Source: an uncultured Alphaproteobacteria bacterium (GTDB lineage: Bacteria > Pseudomonadota > Alphaproteobacteria > ATCC43930 > CGMCC-115725). Taken from it: a DNA stretch of 64,000 nucleotides. The DNA is taken from contig CAVSZA010000022.1 of assembly GCA_963732095.1 (NCBI GenBank), forward strand, positions 117,167-181,166. Direction: 5' to 3'. The notes beneath the pieces are model-generated. The model searched no databases, was not told the DNA's origin, and saw only the letters and a program-made list of their open reading frames with translations. The position numbers were made by a program, and so were the translations under genes. How positions within the stretch are numbered: the stretch's first letter is position 1; every line of letters begins with the position of its first letter. Below, in pieces: positions 34,891 to 43,581 of the stretch.

Positions 34891-37063
34891 TCAACGCATC
34901 TTCGACCGGCGCTGTCACTGGCCGCGGTTGCGGACCAACCTCGTCGAGAATTTTGCGGATGTCCTGGTGCAGCAGGCGGTACCATGTCTCCAAAGCCGTG
35001 AGCTGATCACTCCGGCCGGATGGAGTCGGCGGTTCCGGAAGACCGGCGACCACTTCGCCCGCTCCCTCGCCGCTGCGCGTCCACGACGCTGCTTGCCGAA
35101 ACCATCCTGCCAGCGCCTGGTGATGCGCGCCAAGCGCGTCACGCATCTTCTCCGGGAGGTCGTGCCCGGCTCGATCGGCACGCAGATCGAGGATTGCCGA
35201 CACCGGAATGAACAGCCGACCGACCTGCTCCACCACAGTCGCGTCTATGGGCCGCCTCCGGACGGCGCGCCGCACCTCGCTTGTCTCGAACGGATCGTTG
35301 ACCAGGACCGCGCGCGCCTGCGCGATCGCCTGCCCGAACGACATCTCGGCCGCGGACCGGGCGGCCTGCGAAGGCTCGCCATGGGGGCGAGCACCCAAAC
35401 CCACCAGCACCGCCAGTTGTTCCAATGCTCTGGCGAGGTTCGTGCGCACAATATTGGCCACGCTCACCGGCCAAATCGTCGTGAATATTACGAAGATCAC
35501 GATATTGCCGAAGAGGATGCCGATGGTGCGGTCCCTCGCGGTATACATGTCGATCGTCGGGCCGTAGCCCTGCAGCACGACAAGATAGAAGGCGAGGCTG
35601 ACCTGCAGGCCGGCATAGGCGATGCGCTCGCTGCCGCTGGCGATCCAGGCGGCGAGCAAGGTCACCGGTGCCAGCAGTAGGAGCAGATCGCCAAGATCGG
35701 TCATCAGCGGCATCAGCAGCAGGATCGCGCCGAGGCCGAGCGCCGCACCGATCAGGCACCCGATGAAGCGCAGCGTCGCCTTGTGGATCGTGTCGCCGAC
35801 GGTGCCGAGCGCGACGAAGAAGCAAGTGATGACGCAGGTGTGGATGCCCGGCCAATCAGCAAGGTTCATGGCGAAATAGCAGATCAGCACCGCCAGCGTG
35901 ACCTTGAGGGCGAAGCGGGCGTGTTCCGGGTTGGTGAAGGCATCCGCCGCCAGCAGCCGAGGCGGGGCCCTCGCCGCGCCATGCGGTCCGTGCTCTACGG
36001 CCGTTCCAGCCAGCGTTTCCCGGATCGCTTGCAGTCTGCGCGAGATCGCGTCGGCCAACGGTCGGGCGGCGCCCGTCGCGGCGATCATGACCGGTTCGGC
36101 GCTCGGGGCTTCGCCGTATTGCAGCGCGCGCTCCGCCTCGCAACAGGCGCCCGATGCGGGGAGAAGGGTATTGCGAGCGTCGCTCCCGACGCGCAACCAA
36201 GAGAGCAGCAGGAGGCCGAGCCGGCCGATGTCGTCGATCAGCGACGCGGCCCAGACCGGGCGGCGCCGTCGGCGGTGCAGCAATCCGGCGAGATGGTGCA
36301 GCTTGTGCAGCTGTGCTGTGCCCTCGAAGGCTTGGGCTTCGAGGCGGCGTTCCGCTCCGCTCTCGCCGGCGCAAAAACGTGCTGCCGTTGCCAGTCGCTC
36401 GGCCAGCGCCTGGTACAGCAAGCGCGCCGGGTCGCGCCCGGTCAGCAGGTTGGCGACGATTACCAGTAAGATGGGGAGGGCAACGGCCAGGCTCAGCCAG
36501 AGGAGAAAACGCACCAGCGCCTCTGTCGGCGGGCCGAAGACGATCTCCGGCAACGCGAACTGCTCCGCATTGGCCGCGGTTGCCGGCTGCAGCGCGAGGC
36601 CGAGCACCTGGTCACCCAAGGTCAGACCGTAGGCAACGATGAAACCGGCAACGAAGAACACCGGTCCCGGCGTCGCGGTCCGCGACAGAAACATCGCGAC
36701 AAAGGTCATTGCCGCCATCAGCGGAATCCGCAGCGCCGGTTCCGACAGGCTGAGCATGAAGACCGCGATCGCCACGAAAATCGCCAGGACGACGGCGATG
36801 CCTGCGAGCAGCGCGGTCAGGATCGTCGTGACCGCCTCGCGACCCGATACGAACAGGACAATATAGCCCGAGAGGGCAATTTCGGAGATGCGAAACGTTT
36901 CCGCTATCGCGACGACGCTGAGGAGCACGACGACAATGCGCAGACAGTCGCCGAGCCGTCCGGGCGTCGGACGCAGCTCACGATACAGCAGTGCAACGAG
37001 GTCGCGCGCATCCCCTTCGTCCACCTCCGGCACCCGGCCGCGATGCGCGGCATGCGGCTTCAT
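34877..37063 (-). CDS. FUSC/AaeB-family efflux protein (fusaric-acid-resistance-like inner-membrane protein)
   Basis: 728 aa with two polytopic hydrophobic halves separated by a soluble region, the typical FUSC architecture. 4-bp overlap with the upstream adaptor gene and 14-bp overlap with the OMF gene. Confidence 0.8.
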   Translation of the reverse strand: MKPHAAHRGRVPEVDEGDARDLVALLYRELRPTPGRLGDCLRIVVVLLSVVAIAETFRISEIALSGYIVLFVSGREAVTTILTALLAGIAVVLAIFVAIAVFMLSLSEPALRIPLMAAMTFVAMFLSRTATPGPVFFVAGFIVAYGLTLGDQVLGLALQPATAANAEQFALPEIVFGPPTEALVRFLLWLSLAVALPILLVIVANLLTGRDPARLLYQALAERLATAARFCAGESGAERRLEAQAFEGTAQLHKLHHLAGLLHRRRRRPVWAASLIDDIGRLGLLLLSWLRVGSDARNTLLPASGACCEAERALQYGEAPSAEPVMIAATGAARPLADAISRRLQAIRETLAGTAVEHGPHGAARAPPRLLAADAFTNPEHARFALKVTLAVLICYFAMNLADWPGIHTCVITCFFVALGTVGDTIHKATLRFIGCLIGAALGLGAILLLMPLMTDLGDLLLLLAPVTLLAAWIASGSERIAYAGLQVSLAFYLVVLQGYGPTIDMYTARDRTIGILFGNIVIFVIFTTIWPVSVANIVRTNLARALEQLAVLVGLGARPHGEPSQAARSAAEMSFGQAIAQARAVLVNDPFETSEVRRAVRRRPIDATVVEQVGRLFIPVSAILDLRADRAGHDLPEKMRDALGAHHQALAGWFRQAASWTRSGEGAGEVVAGLPEPPTPSGRSDQLTALETWYRLLHQDIRKILDEVGPQPRPVTAPVEDALNATG

Positions 37064-38079
37064 TTGTCGATCACGACTACTGCCGTGGCGCCAAAGCGCA
37101 TCAGGTCGTCGGGCGGCGTGTCGAGCAGGACGCGCACCGGGAAGCGTGCCGCGATCCGCACCCAGTTGAGGGTGCGCTCGACATGCGGCAGGCCGCCAAT
37201 CGTGGCGCTCACATCCGACGCCACACCCCAGCCGAGGCTGTCGACCTGGCCGCGCAGCGGCCGGCTTGGTTGCGCCATCACGTAGACGGTCGCGCGCTGC
37301 CCCGGCTCCATTCCGGCGAGGTCCGTCTCGCGGAAATTGCCGATCGCATACCAGTGCTCGGTGTCGATGATCGTGAACAGCGGGTGGCCGGTGGCGGCGA
37401 ACTCCCCAGCGGCGATGTCGAGCGCGGTGATCCGGCCATCGCAGGGTGCACGCACGACCGTCTTGTTGAGGTCGCGCTCTGCGAGCGCGAGTGTCGCGCG
37501 TGCGCCCTCCAACTCTGCCTCGGTGGGCTTGGTGTTGGTGATGGCCTGGCGCGCCTCGTCCGCCTGCAGCTGTGCCTGCTGCAGCGCGATCTGCGCGGTG
37601 CGCTGCGCTGTGCGCGCCTGGTCGACCTGTTGCGCGGTGACGAAGCCCTGCCCGAGCAGCGGCTGCAGCCGCCCCAGCGTGCTCGAAGCGAGAGACCGCT
37701 GCGCCTCGGCGCTGCCGATGCCGCGTTCGGCGGCGCCGGCCTTGGAGGTCTGCGCCGCAACCTGGTCGGCGGTCAGGGCAAGCTTCGCTTCCAGGCCGCG
37801 CACCGCCGCGTGAGCTTGATCCACGCGCATTCGGTATGGGTCCGGGTCGATCCGGAACAGCACGTCGCCCTTGCGCACCGCCTGGTTGTCGCGCACGTCG
37901 AGCTCGACGATCCGGCCGCTGACGTCCGGCGCCATGTGAACCAGGTCGGCCTGCAGATAGGCATCGTCAGTGCGCGGCCGCTGATCGATCCGGCGCGTTG
38001 CGAGCACCCCGGTCACCAGGACGCCGGCCAGCGCGATGAGGCTGACGAGGATGCCGAGCGCCTTGCGAACGGCTAACAT
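37060..38079 (-). CDS. HlyD-family efflux adaptor (AaeA-like)
   Basis: N-terminal TM (ILVSLIALAGVLVTGVLA), DDAYLQADLVHMAPDVSGRIVELDVRDNQAVRKGDVLFRIDPDPY lipoyl motif, coiled coil, beta-barrel C-terminus. Confidence 0.9.
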   Translation of the reverse strand: MLAVRKALGILVSLIALAGVLVTGVLATRRIDQRPRTDDAYLQADLVHMAPDVSGRIVELDVRDNQAVRKGDVLFRIDPDPYRMRVDQAHAAVRGLEAKLALTADQVAAQTSKAGAAERGIGSAEAQRSLASSTLGRLQPLLGQGFVTAQQVDQARTAQRTAQIALQQAQLQADEARQAITNTKPTEAELEGARATLALAERDLNKTVVRAPCDGRITALDIAAGEFAATGHPLFTIIDTEHWYAIGNFRETDLAGMEPGQRATVYVMAQPSRPLRGQVDSLGWGVASDVSATIGGLPHVERTLNWVRIAARFPVRVLLDTPPDDLMRFGATAVVVIDK

Positions 38080-38082
38080 CGC

Positions 38083-38274
38083 TCAGTGACCGAACCAGAG
38101 GAGCCAGGCGAGCAACGTGGCGGACACCGCGAGCGCAGCGTAGGTCAGCAGCGGTGCGACGACGTAGTCGTTGACGCCGGCCACCGCGAGAACCTGCCGG
38201 ATGATGACGGCGGCGACGATGCCGACCGCCGCGCACAGCATCCAGGCCGGAAAGTAGGAACCGAACAGATCCAT
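38083..38274 (-). CDS. DUF1656/AaeX-like small membrane protein (63 aa)
   Basis: The credible part of ORF 38083..38439 starts at MDLFGSYFPAWMLCAAVGIVAAVIIRQVLAVAGVNDYVVAPLLTYAALAVSATLLAWLLWFGH. Two TM helices, with the position and size of AaeX upstream of aaeA-like genes. Confidence 0.7.
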   Translation of the reverse strand: MDLFGSYFPAWMLCAAVGIVAAVIIRQVLAVAGVNDYVVAPLLTYAALAVSATLLAWLLWFGH

Positions 38275-38760
38275 TGTCGGCGCGTAACTGCACCCGGCGA
38301 CCGGTAGCGCGATCGCGAATCGCCACAAGCCGAGCGGAGCGCGGCGGTGTCGATCGCGCCGGATCGGTGTGCCAATCCCGACAGCCGGCGAACTCCCATT
38401 CCAGACACGATCAACCGACATGCCGCCATCACCGGACATAATCGATCTCGGAATTATCTAGCGCGTCCGGCGAACCTGTTAGTTTTTTTTAAACGCTAAT
38501 CGGCCTGCGATCACCCCGTCAGCGCACGAGAACACCAAATCTTCACCCATGAGGACGGATCATGAGCGCCCAGCCGGCTTGCCTTACCGTGAAGATGTAG
38601 GCCTCCGACGCCAAACCGTAGCATGCCGCGCCCTCGCCTCCAACGCGCCCATCATCCGCCAGTGGCGTTCCAGTATGAGTCCCGGCACACCGCAGGTGCT
38701 CATCGAGCCGGGGTCGCAAAGAGCACGATTTGTGCTATAGTGCTTACTGGTGCGAGACCG

Positions 38761-39046
38761 ATGGACCGCGGCAAAGCCATTGCCAAGCTCAAGCAGCACG
38801 AAGCCGAGTTGAAGCGGCTCGGCGTCGAGCACCTCTACTTGTTCGGCTCGACCGCGCGGCGCGTGAAGACTCGGATATTGACCTCTTCTTTGTCATCCTG
38901 ACCGGTCTCTCGGACTTTTCGAGTTGATGGATGTAAAAGAGGCCGCCGCTCGCATTCTTGGGCGAAAAACCGATATCATGACGCGGCGCAGCTTGCATCC
39001 GGTTCTCCGCGAGCGAATCGAGGCCTCGGCGCTGCAAGTGTTCTGA
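38761..39046 (+). pseudogene. MNT-type nucleotidyltransferase antitoxin, two frameshifts
   Basis: Frame a: MDRGKAIAKLKQHEAELKRLGVEHLYLFGSTAR. Frame b: AAREDSDIDLFFV (the GS...D.D nucleotidyltransferase motif). Frame c: ELMDVKEAAARILGRKTDIMTRRSLHPVLRERIEASALQVF-TGA. Shifts near 38850-38860 and 38915-38921. Confidence 0.7.
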
Positions 39047-39380
39047 TGGCGATGCCGCCTCAGATCGCACGGCTGACGGACATCATCGAGGCCGTCGAGC
39101 TGATCCGCAGCGAAATGGTAGGCGTGACGCTCCAGACCTTCGAACCTGACAAGCGCAAGCGGTGGCTCGTCGAGCGCGGCGTTGAAATTATCTCAGAGGC
39201 CAGCCGGCATCTGAGTGACGAGCTAAAAGAAAGGCATCCGGAAATTCCATAGTCGAAGGTCGCGGGGAGCGGCAACGTGCTGCGGCACGAATACGAGCGC
39301 ATTACTACGACGTGTTGTGGCGCGTTATGCGTGACGACTTACCGCCCCGCAATACGCCAACATCGCTTGTTCGGCCATGA
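39046..39380 (+). pseudogene. HepT/DUF86-type toxin, in-frame TAG plus one frameshift
   Basis: TGATG overlap with the MNT gene. MAMPPQIARLTDIIEAVELIRSEMVGVTLQTFEPDKRKRWLVERGVEIISEASRHLSDELKERHPEIP-TAG(39250-39252)-SKVAGSGNVLRHEYERI, then with one base restored near 39303-39304, DYDVLWRVMRDDLPP.... Family members read HPEIPW (TGG to TAG) and carry the RxxxxHxY motif (NVLRHEY). Confidence 0.7.
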
Positions 39381-39523
39381 CGGCTCATTCATGGCGCCCG
39401 CGACCAGCTGCGGCGTCGGGCGCACCGCAACGCTCACGATAATCGGCGGAACCTTTTGGTGGGCCGGGCAATGCCGTAGATCGTACCGCGCAATGGACCG
39501 GTGCAAGCGCAGTTGTGGCCGCG

Positions 39524-39973
39524 TTAGTCGGGTGGGCGGCGCATCGCCATCAGCTCCATCTCCCGCAGATGTACGGCCTCCGCCGAGACCAGGCGCATCG
39601 CATATTCCTCGAGGACGACGGACTTATCTTTCACAAGGGCGAGCAATTGGCGATAGAGTTCCACGCCGGCCTCCTCGCGCTGGATTGATTCAGCCAGGAT
39701 CTCGTCGATCGTATTGTGCTGTGTGGTCGGCAGCGGCGCGATACCGAGAGCCGGCCTCTTGTGTAATCGCATGATCATTTGACCCGCCTCTTGCGCGTGT
39801 GCCAGCGACTCCGTCGCGTTGTCGCGCAGCCAGGAAGTGATCGGAATGCGTGCGTGACCGTAGATCATAAAAGAGTAATGCGTGTAGTAAATGACCGCGG
39901 CAAGCTCCATCTGCAGAATTCGGTTGAGTTGCGCGACGACGGCATCGACGTCAAATGGGAAAGTCCTTGCCAT
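39524..39973 (-). CDS. ferritin-like (bacterioferritin/Dps-type four-helix-bundle) protein
   Basis: GAAGGAGA, 6 nt, then ATG 39973. MARTFPFDVDAVVAQLNRILQMELAAVIYYTHYSFMIYGH...ESLAHAQEAGQMIMRLH...EEAGVELYRQLL has the ferritin-like E/H spacing. Confidence 0.7.
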   Translation of the reverse strand: MARTFPFDVDAVVAQLNRILQMELAAVIYYTHYSFMIYGHARIPITSWLRDNATESLAHAQEAGQMIMRLHKRPALGIAPLPTTQHNTIDEILAESIQREEAGVELYRQLLALVKDKSVVLEEYAMRLVSAEAVHLREMELMAMRRPPD

Positions 39974-40146
39974 CGCGGTTCTCCTTCGCCTTGGGCTCTT
40001 CCTCACCGGCCGCTACGATACTATCGGATTCGGCCGGCTGGCAACGAGCGGGCGGGTCATGCCTGACGGCCGGGTCGGGAACGAGTACGATAGCGGCGGC
40101 GCGCACTCGGCGCGGCGCTGAAATCGACAGAACAAGGCCGACAACG

Positions 40147-40656
40147 ATGGGCTCGCTTTTATCGTTTCGCGATTGGATCAATGTGGCGAGCTTGATGTTG
40201 ATGCTGTCGGCGAACGCTTGCGCGATCTCGCCTGCGCCGCAGGTCACGGCGCCGCCGCCAGGCCAGGCCCGCATCTGGTTCTACCGTCTGTGGGACCCGT
40301 CTGAGAGCGTCAACCTCGCCAATATCGACATGAACGGGGTGTATGTCGGCTCGGTCGAGCCTGGTGGCGCGTTCTATCGCGACGTTGCCCCCGGCGCCTA
40401 CCATATAGTGCCCCAGAACCGATATCTCGACTACGGCCAAAACACCATTGTGGCGGTCGTCTCGGGCGAGCAGGTCTTCATCTCGGTGCTTGATTTGGGC
40501 AGTTGGGCGACTGCCGTGAGCGGTGGTCAATGGTATGTTCGTCGCGACGCGTGGTATGCGCGGCTCGTTCCGCCGCAATATGCCTTGGCCCAGATCGCTA
40601 ACCCGGCCCTTGTGCCGCGTCCCACCGCTCGCCCGGCGGCGGCGTTCAGCGACTGA
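40147..40656 (+). CDS. DUF2846-like exported protein (possible lipoprotein)
   Basis: The credible start is ATG 40147 (MGSLLSFRDWINVASLMLMLSANAC...). RIWFYRLWDPSESVNLANIDMNGVYVGSVEPGGAFYRDVAPGAYHIV resembles DUF2846. Recollection, not a search. Confidence 0.55.
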   Translation: MGSLLSFRDWINVASLMLMLSANACAISPAPQVTAPPPGQARIWFYRLWDPSESVNLANIDMNGVYVGSVEPGGAFYRDVAPGAYHIVPQNRYLDYGQNTIVAVVSGEQVFISVLDLGSWATAVSGGQWYVRRDAWYARLVPPQYALAQIANPALVPRPTARPAAAFSD

Positions 40657-40881
40657 ACGGCGTTTGCCCCGCTCGTTCTGATTAGGGGGATGAGTCCGAG
40701 AACTCACGGATGCAATCGAGCTGACCCACTGCATGCACGAAGCGTCCCTGGGGCGGTCCGTGCCAATCAGCGACTGGCAAAAAGATTTATCGAGTTCCGT
40801 CCGCGCTTTTTACGCAGTTTTACGCTCCTTAACTCGGCTTGCAGCGTCAGCGGCCCACTTGTAGCTGCATGACAGCCTCCG

Positions 40882-41146
40882 ATGGCAAGGGAGCCAACAG
40901 TATGGCCTTCTCGCACTTGTCATCGCGGCCAGCACCGCTCTCGCCGCTACTACTGCGGTCGCGGCGCCCGAACGTGTTCGCGGCACAGTCGTCGCCGTCA
41001 GCGGTGACACGCTGACAGCGCGCACTGCGCTTGGTCAAAATGCACCGGTTATGCTCCCCGACAAGACCCGCTACCTCAAAGTGGCACCTTCGATCCTCGA
41101 TCATGTCGATCCGGGCGCCCGGCGGTGCCTCGATCAAACGGAGTAG
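40882..41146 (+). pseudogene. DUF5666-like periplasmic protein remnant (frameshifted, C-terminally truncated)
   Basis: ATG 40882 (MAREPTV) is out of frame with the following YGLLALVIAASTALAATTAVAAPERVRGTVVAVSGDTLTARTALGQNAPVMLPDKTRYLKVAPSILDHVDPGA (signal peptide plus the RVRGT..V.G..L.V. pattern). Sense shifts frame again near 41115 and is lost before the next gene at 41203. Relatives are about 180-200 aa. Confidence 0.5.
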
Positions 41147-41202
41147 TTCAGTCGAGCCTTTTGCGCCCACACGCGACTTCACTTCACCGAGGAGGGACGT
41201 CC

Positions 41203-41934
41203 ATGACAATTTTGAGCCAATGCGGTGTGATCCGGCTGTTGGCCCTTGGCGTATTGTTGATCCTCCCTGCGACTGCTGGGGCGCAACAGCGCCCGCCGAT
41301 CGTCGAGAAGCTCGCCAAGACTTATGGTCTCGAGTTGTTCGGGCAAATCGAAGCGATCCGCTATACCTTCAACGTACAGTCCCCAGGACGCGATCTCTCT
41401 CGATCATGGATTTGGGAGCCCAAAACCGACCAGGTCACCTATGAGGGGAAAGATAAGTCGGGCAAGCCGGTGAAGGTTACGTACCTGCGTTCTCAGCTCG
41501 GGGGTCAGTCGGCCGAGGTAAAGGAGGACATCGATCCGGGCTTCCTAAATGATAATTATTGGCTCATCCTGCCATTTCATATTGCTTGGGACACCAGCGC
41601 TACAGTGGAAGATGCCGGCATGCAGAAACTGCCGCTGGGCAATGGTTCCGCCGAAAAGGTCGTCGTGAATTACCCTTCCGGCGGCGGCTATTCGCAGGGT
41701 GATACCTGGGAACTCTACGTCGGCCCCGACGGTCGCATCGAAGAGATGGGCTATCACGCGGGAGGACCGGTCAAGCATGACCTCATTGCGACCTGGGCTG
41801 ACTACAAGAAAGCGGGACCGCTGCTCGTCTCACTGGAGCACCGCGCAACAAACAACGGCCAGCCGGCGCACATTTTCTTCTCGAATGTGGCCGTCAAGCT
41901 GGTGGGGTCAAACACCTGGCTGGACGCGCAATAA
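41203..41934 (+). CDS. secreted hypothetical protein (243 aa)
   Basis: GGAGGGA upstream of ATG 41203. Signal peptide MTILSQCGVIRLLALGVLLILPATAGA. Ordinary globular composition; no motif recognised. Confidence 0.65.
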   Translation: MTILSQCGVIRLLALGVLLILPATAGAQQRPPIVEKLAKTYGLELFGQIEAIRYTFNVQSPGRDLSRSWIWEPKTDQVTYEGKDKSGKPVKVTYLRSQLGGQSAEVKEDIDPGFLNDNYWLILPFHIAWDTSATVEDAGMQKLPLGNGSAEKVVVNYPSGGGYSQGDTWELYVGPDGRIEEMGYHAGGPVKHDLIATWADYKKAGPLLVSLEHRATNNGQPAHIFFSNVAVKLVGSNTWLDAQ

Positions 41935-41948
41935 GCGGAGGGTCTCCA

Positions 41949-42608
41949 ATGAAACACGACCCGATCTCCGACGTCCTCAATTTCCTGCAGCAGCCGGCCT
42001 TCGTGTCCGGTCCGACGTGGCCTACCGCGGTGTTTTGGGTGCTCGTGCTCGCCAGCCTGGCGATCGCGGTTTATGCCTTCGCGACGATCCCGGGTCAGCG
42101 CCGCGTGAATCACCTCTGGAACTGGGTCTTTCGCTTTCTAATCGGCTGCATGTGGTGGCAACAAACGCTGTGGAAGCTACCGCCCTATTATACCGATCAT
42201 CCCGACCAACCGTTCGGCGCGACCGGTCTTGCCTATTGGATGGGGCTAATGGGCAAGTCTGCGGCAATTCCACAGCAGGCCGAGTTTGTCAACAACATCG
42301 TGTTGCCGCATTTCTACCTGTTCGCGCCGGTCGTCTATTCGCTTGAAGTGCTGACGGCAGTGTCGCTGATGCTGGGGATATTTGTCCGGTTTTGGGGTGT
42401 CATCGGTGCGCTGCAGATCCTCAACCTCTGGCTCGGCCTCTACAATGCCGCGGGGGAATGGCCGTGGACATATTTTTTCCTGCTCGTGCTGCAGTCGATC
42501 TTTGCGGTCCACCGCTATGGGCGCAGCCTCGGCCTCGATGCTGTTATTGTTGCGCGATCGGGGGCCCGGCACACGGTCGCAAGCACCCTCTTCGCCGAAG
42601 TCACATGA
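41949..42608 (+). CDS. DoxX/DoxD-like integral membrane protein
   Basis: GGAGGG upstream. Four to five predicted TM segments (VFWVLVLASLAIAVYAF, FRFLIGCMWWQQTLWKLP, LFAPVVYSLEVLTAVSLMLGIFVRFWGVIGAL...). The family call is tentative. Confidence 0.55.
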   Translation: MKHDPISDVLNFLQQPAFVSGPTWPTAVFWVLVLASLAIAVYAFATIPGQRRVNHLWNWVFRFLIGCMWWQQTLWKLPPYYTDHPDQPFGATGLAYWMGLMGKSAAIPQQAEFVNNIVLPHFYLFAPVVYSLEVLTAVSLMLGIFVRFWGVIGALQILNLWLGLYNAAGEWPWTYFFLLVLQSIFAVHRYGRSLGLDAVIVARSGARHTVASTLFAEVT

Positions 42609-42885
42609 GGCGTCCCGTTGTCAGCGCCGGCCGGGTCGCGGCAGCGCTTTTCCAGCCCTGATACGTCGGGACGGAGTGTTTTTGGGCCATGGCGGGGATC
42701 TGACCCAGAGCCGTCTGACCGAGAGCCGGTAGCCGCCCCGCGCCAAACTGTGAGCCACCGCGGACAGGGACCCCACCCCGCAATCGCTCTGTGTTCCTGA
42801 TTCTTCTGATGAAAAGATCATCGTGTTGCACGAAGCCTTTCACCGGTCGCCGCATTCGAATGCGCCGGCAAAACGAGGACGGGGC

Positions 42886-43581
42886 ATGAAACTGACAACG
42901 CTTACCCAGGACGAGCGGCTGCGGACGCTACTCGCGAGGGCGCTAGACCTCAGCGGAGCGGGGCGAGTGGCGGCTCCGGTCGTCGATCTTCTGCTTCGCC
43001 TCGCCTTGGCAAAAGCGTTCTTTGCCCCGGGAATGTTCCCCGGCATTGGTGCTGCCGATTTCCCTGCGGCGTGGCCGATGATCATTGTGCAGGTGATTGG
43101 ACCGGTGCTCATGGCCATAGGGCTTCAAGTCAGGCCAATTGCGCTGCTGATGCTGGTGCTAACGTTGCGGGCGCAGTTTTCGGGCGCAGCGCAAGAGGAG
43201 CACTTGTTCGGGGCAGCATTGTTTGGCTGGTACGTCGTGCACGGTCCCGGTTCGCTGTCGCTCGACCGCCTGCTGAGCAAGGGTATGAGGCATAGTCCAC
43301 TGCCGCTGGCAGCGGTCGCGATCGCTGCGGGAGATTGGGTCAGGCGTACGATCGGCCCGCTCTATGTGCTCGCAATCCGGCTCTGGTTGGCCGCTGCCCT
43401 CGCCGTGCCCGTCTCATCCCATACCATGCTCCCGGCCATGCAAGAAGCAGGTGAGGTTCATGTGTCCTCCTTGGCACTGAAGGCGCCCGAGGACGTCGGC
43501 AGGCGTACTCAGGTGTCGAGCAGGCCCGACACGAACACGTCCTCTATGGTGAAGCGCCGCTTGGTCAGCCCCTGCTCGTGA
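42886..43581 (+). CDS. DoxX-family membrane protein; 3' end uncertain
   Basis: ATG 42886 (MKLTTLTQDERLRTLL...). LLLRLALAKAFFAPG..., IGLQVRPIALLMLVLTL..., HGPGSLSLDRLL is a DoxX-type pattern. The last 73 nt overlap the convergent gene 43509..44510, so the true C-terminus may be earlier or lost. Confidence 0.5.
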   Translation: MKLTTLTQDERLRTLLARALDLSGAGRVAAPVVDLLLRLALAKAFFAPGMFPGIGAADFPAAWPMIIVQVIGPVLMAIGLQVRPIALLMLVLTLRAQFSGAAQEEHLFGAALFGWYVVHGPGSLSLDRLLSKGMRHSPLPLAAVAIAAGDWVRRTIGPLYVLAIRLWLAAALAVPVSSHTMLPAMQEAGEVHVSSLALKAPEDVGRRTQVSSRPDTNTSSMVKRRLVSPCS

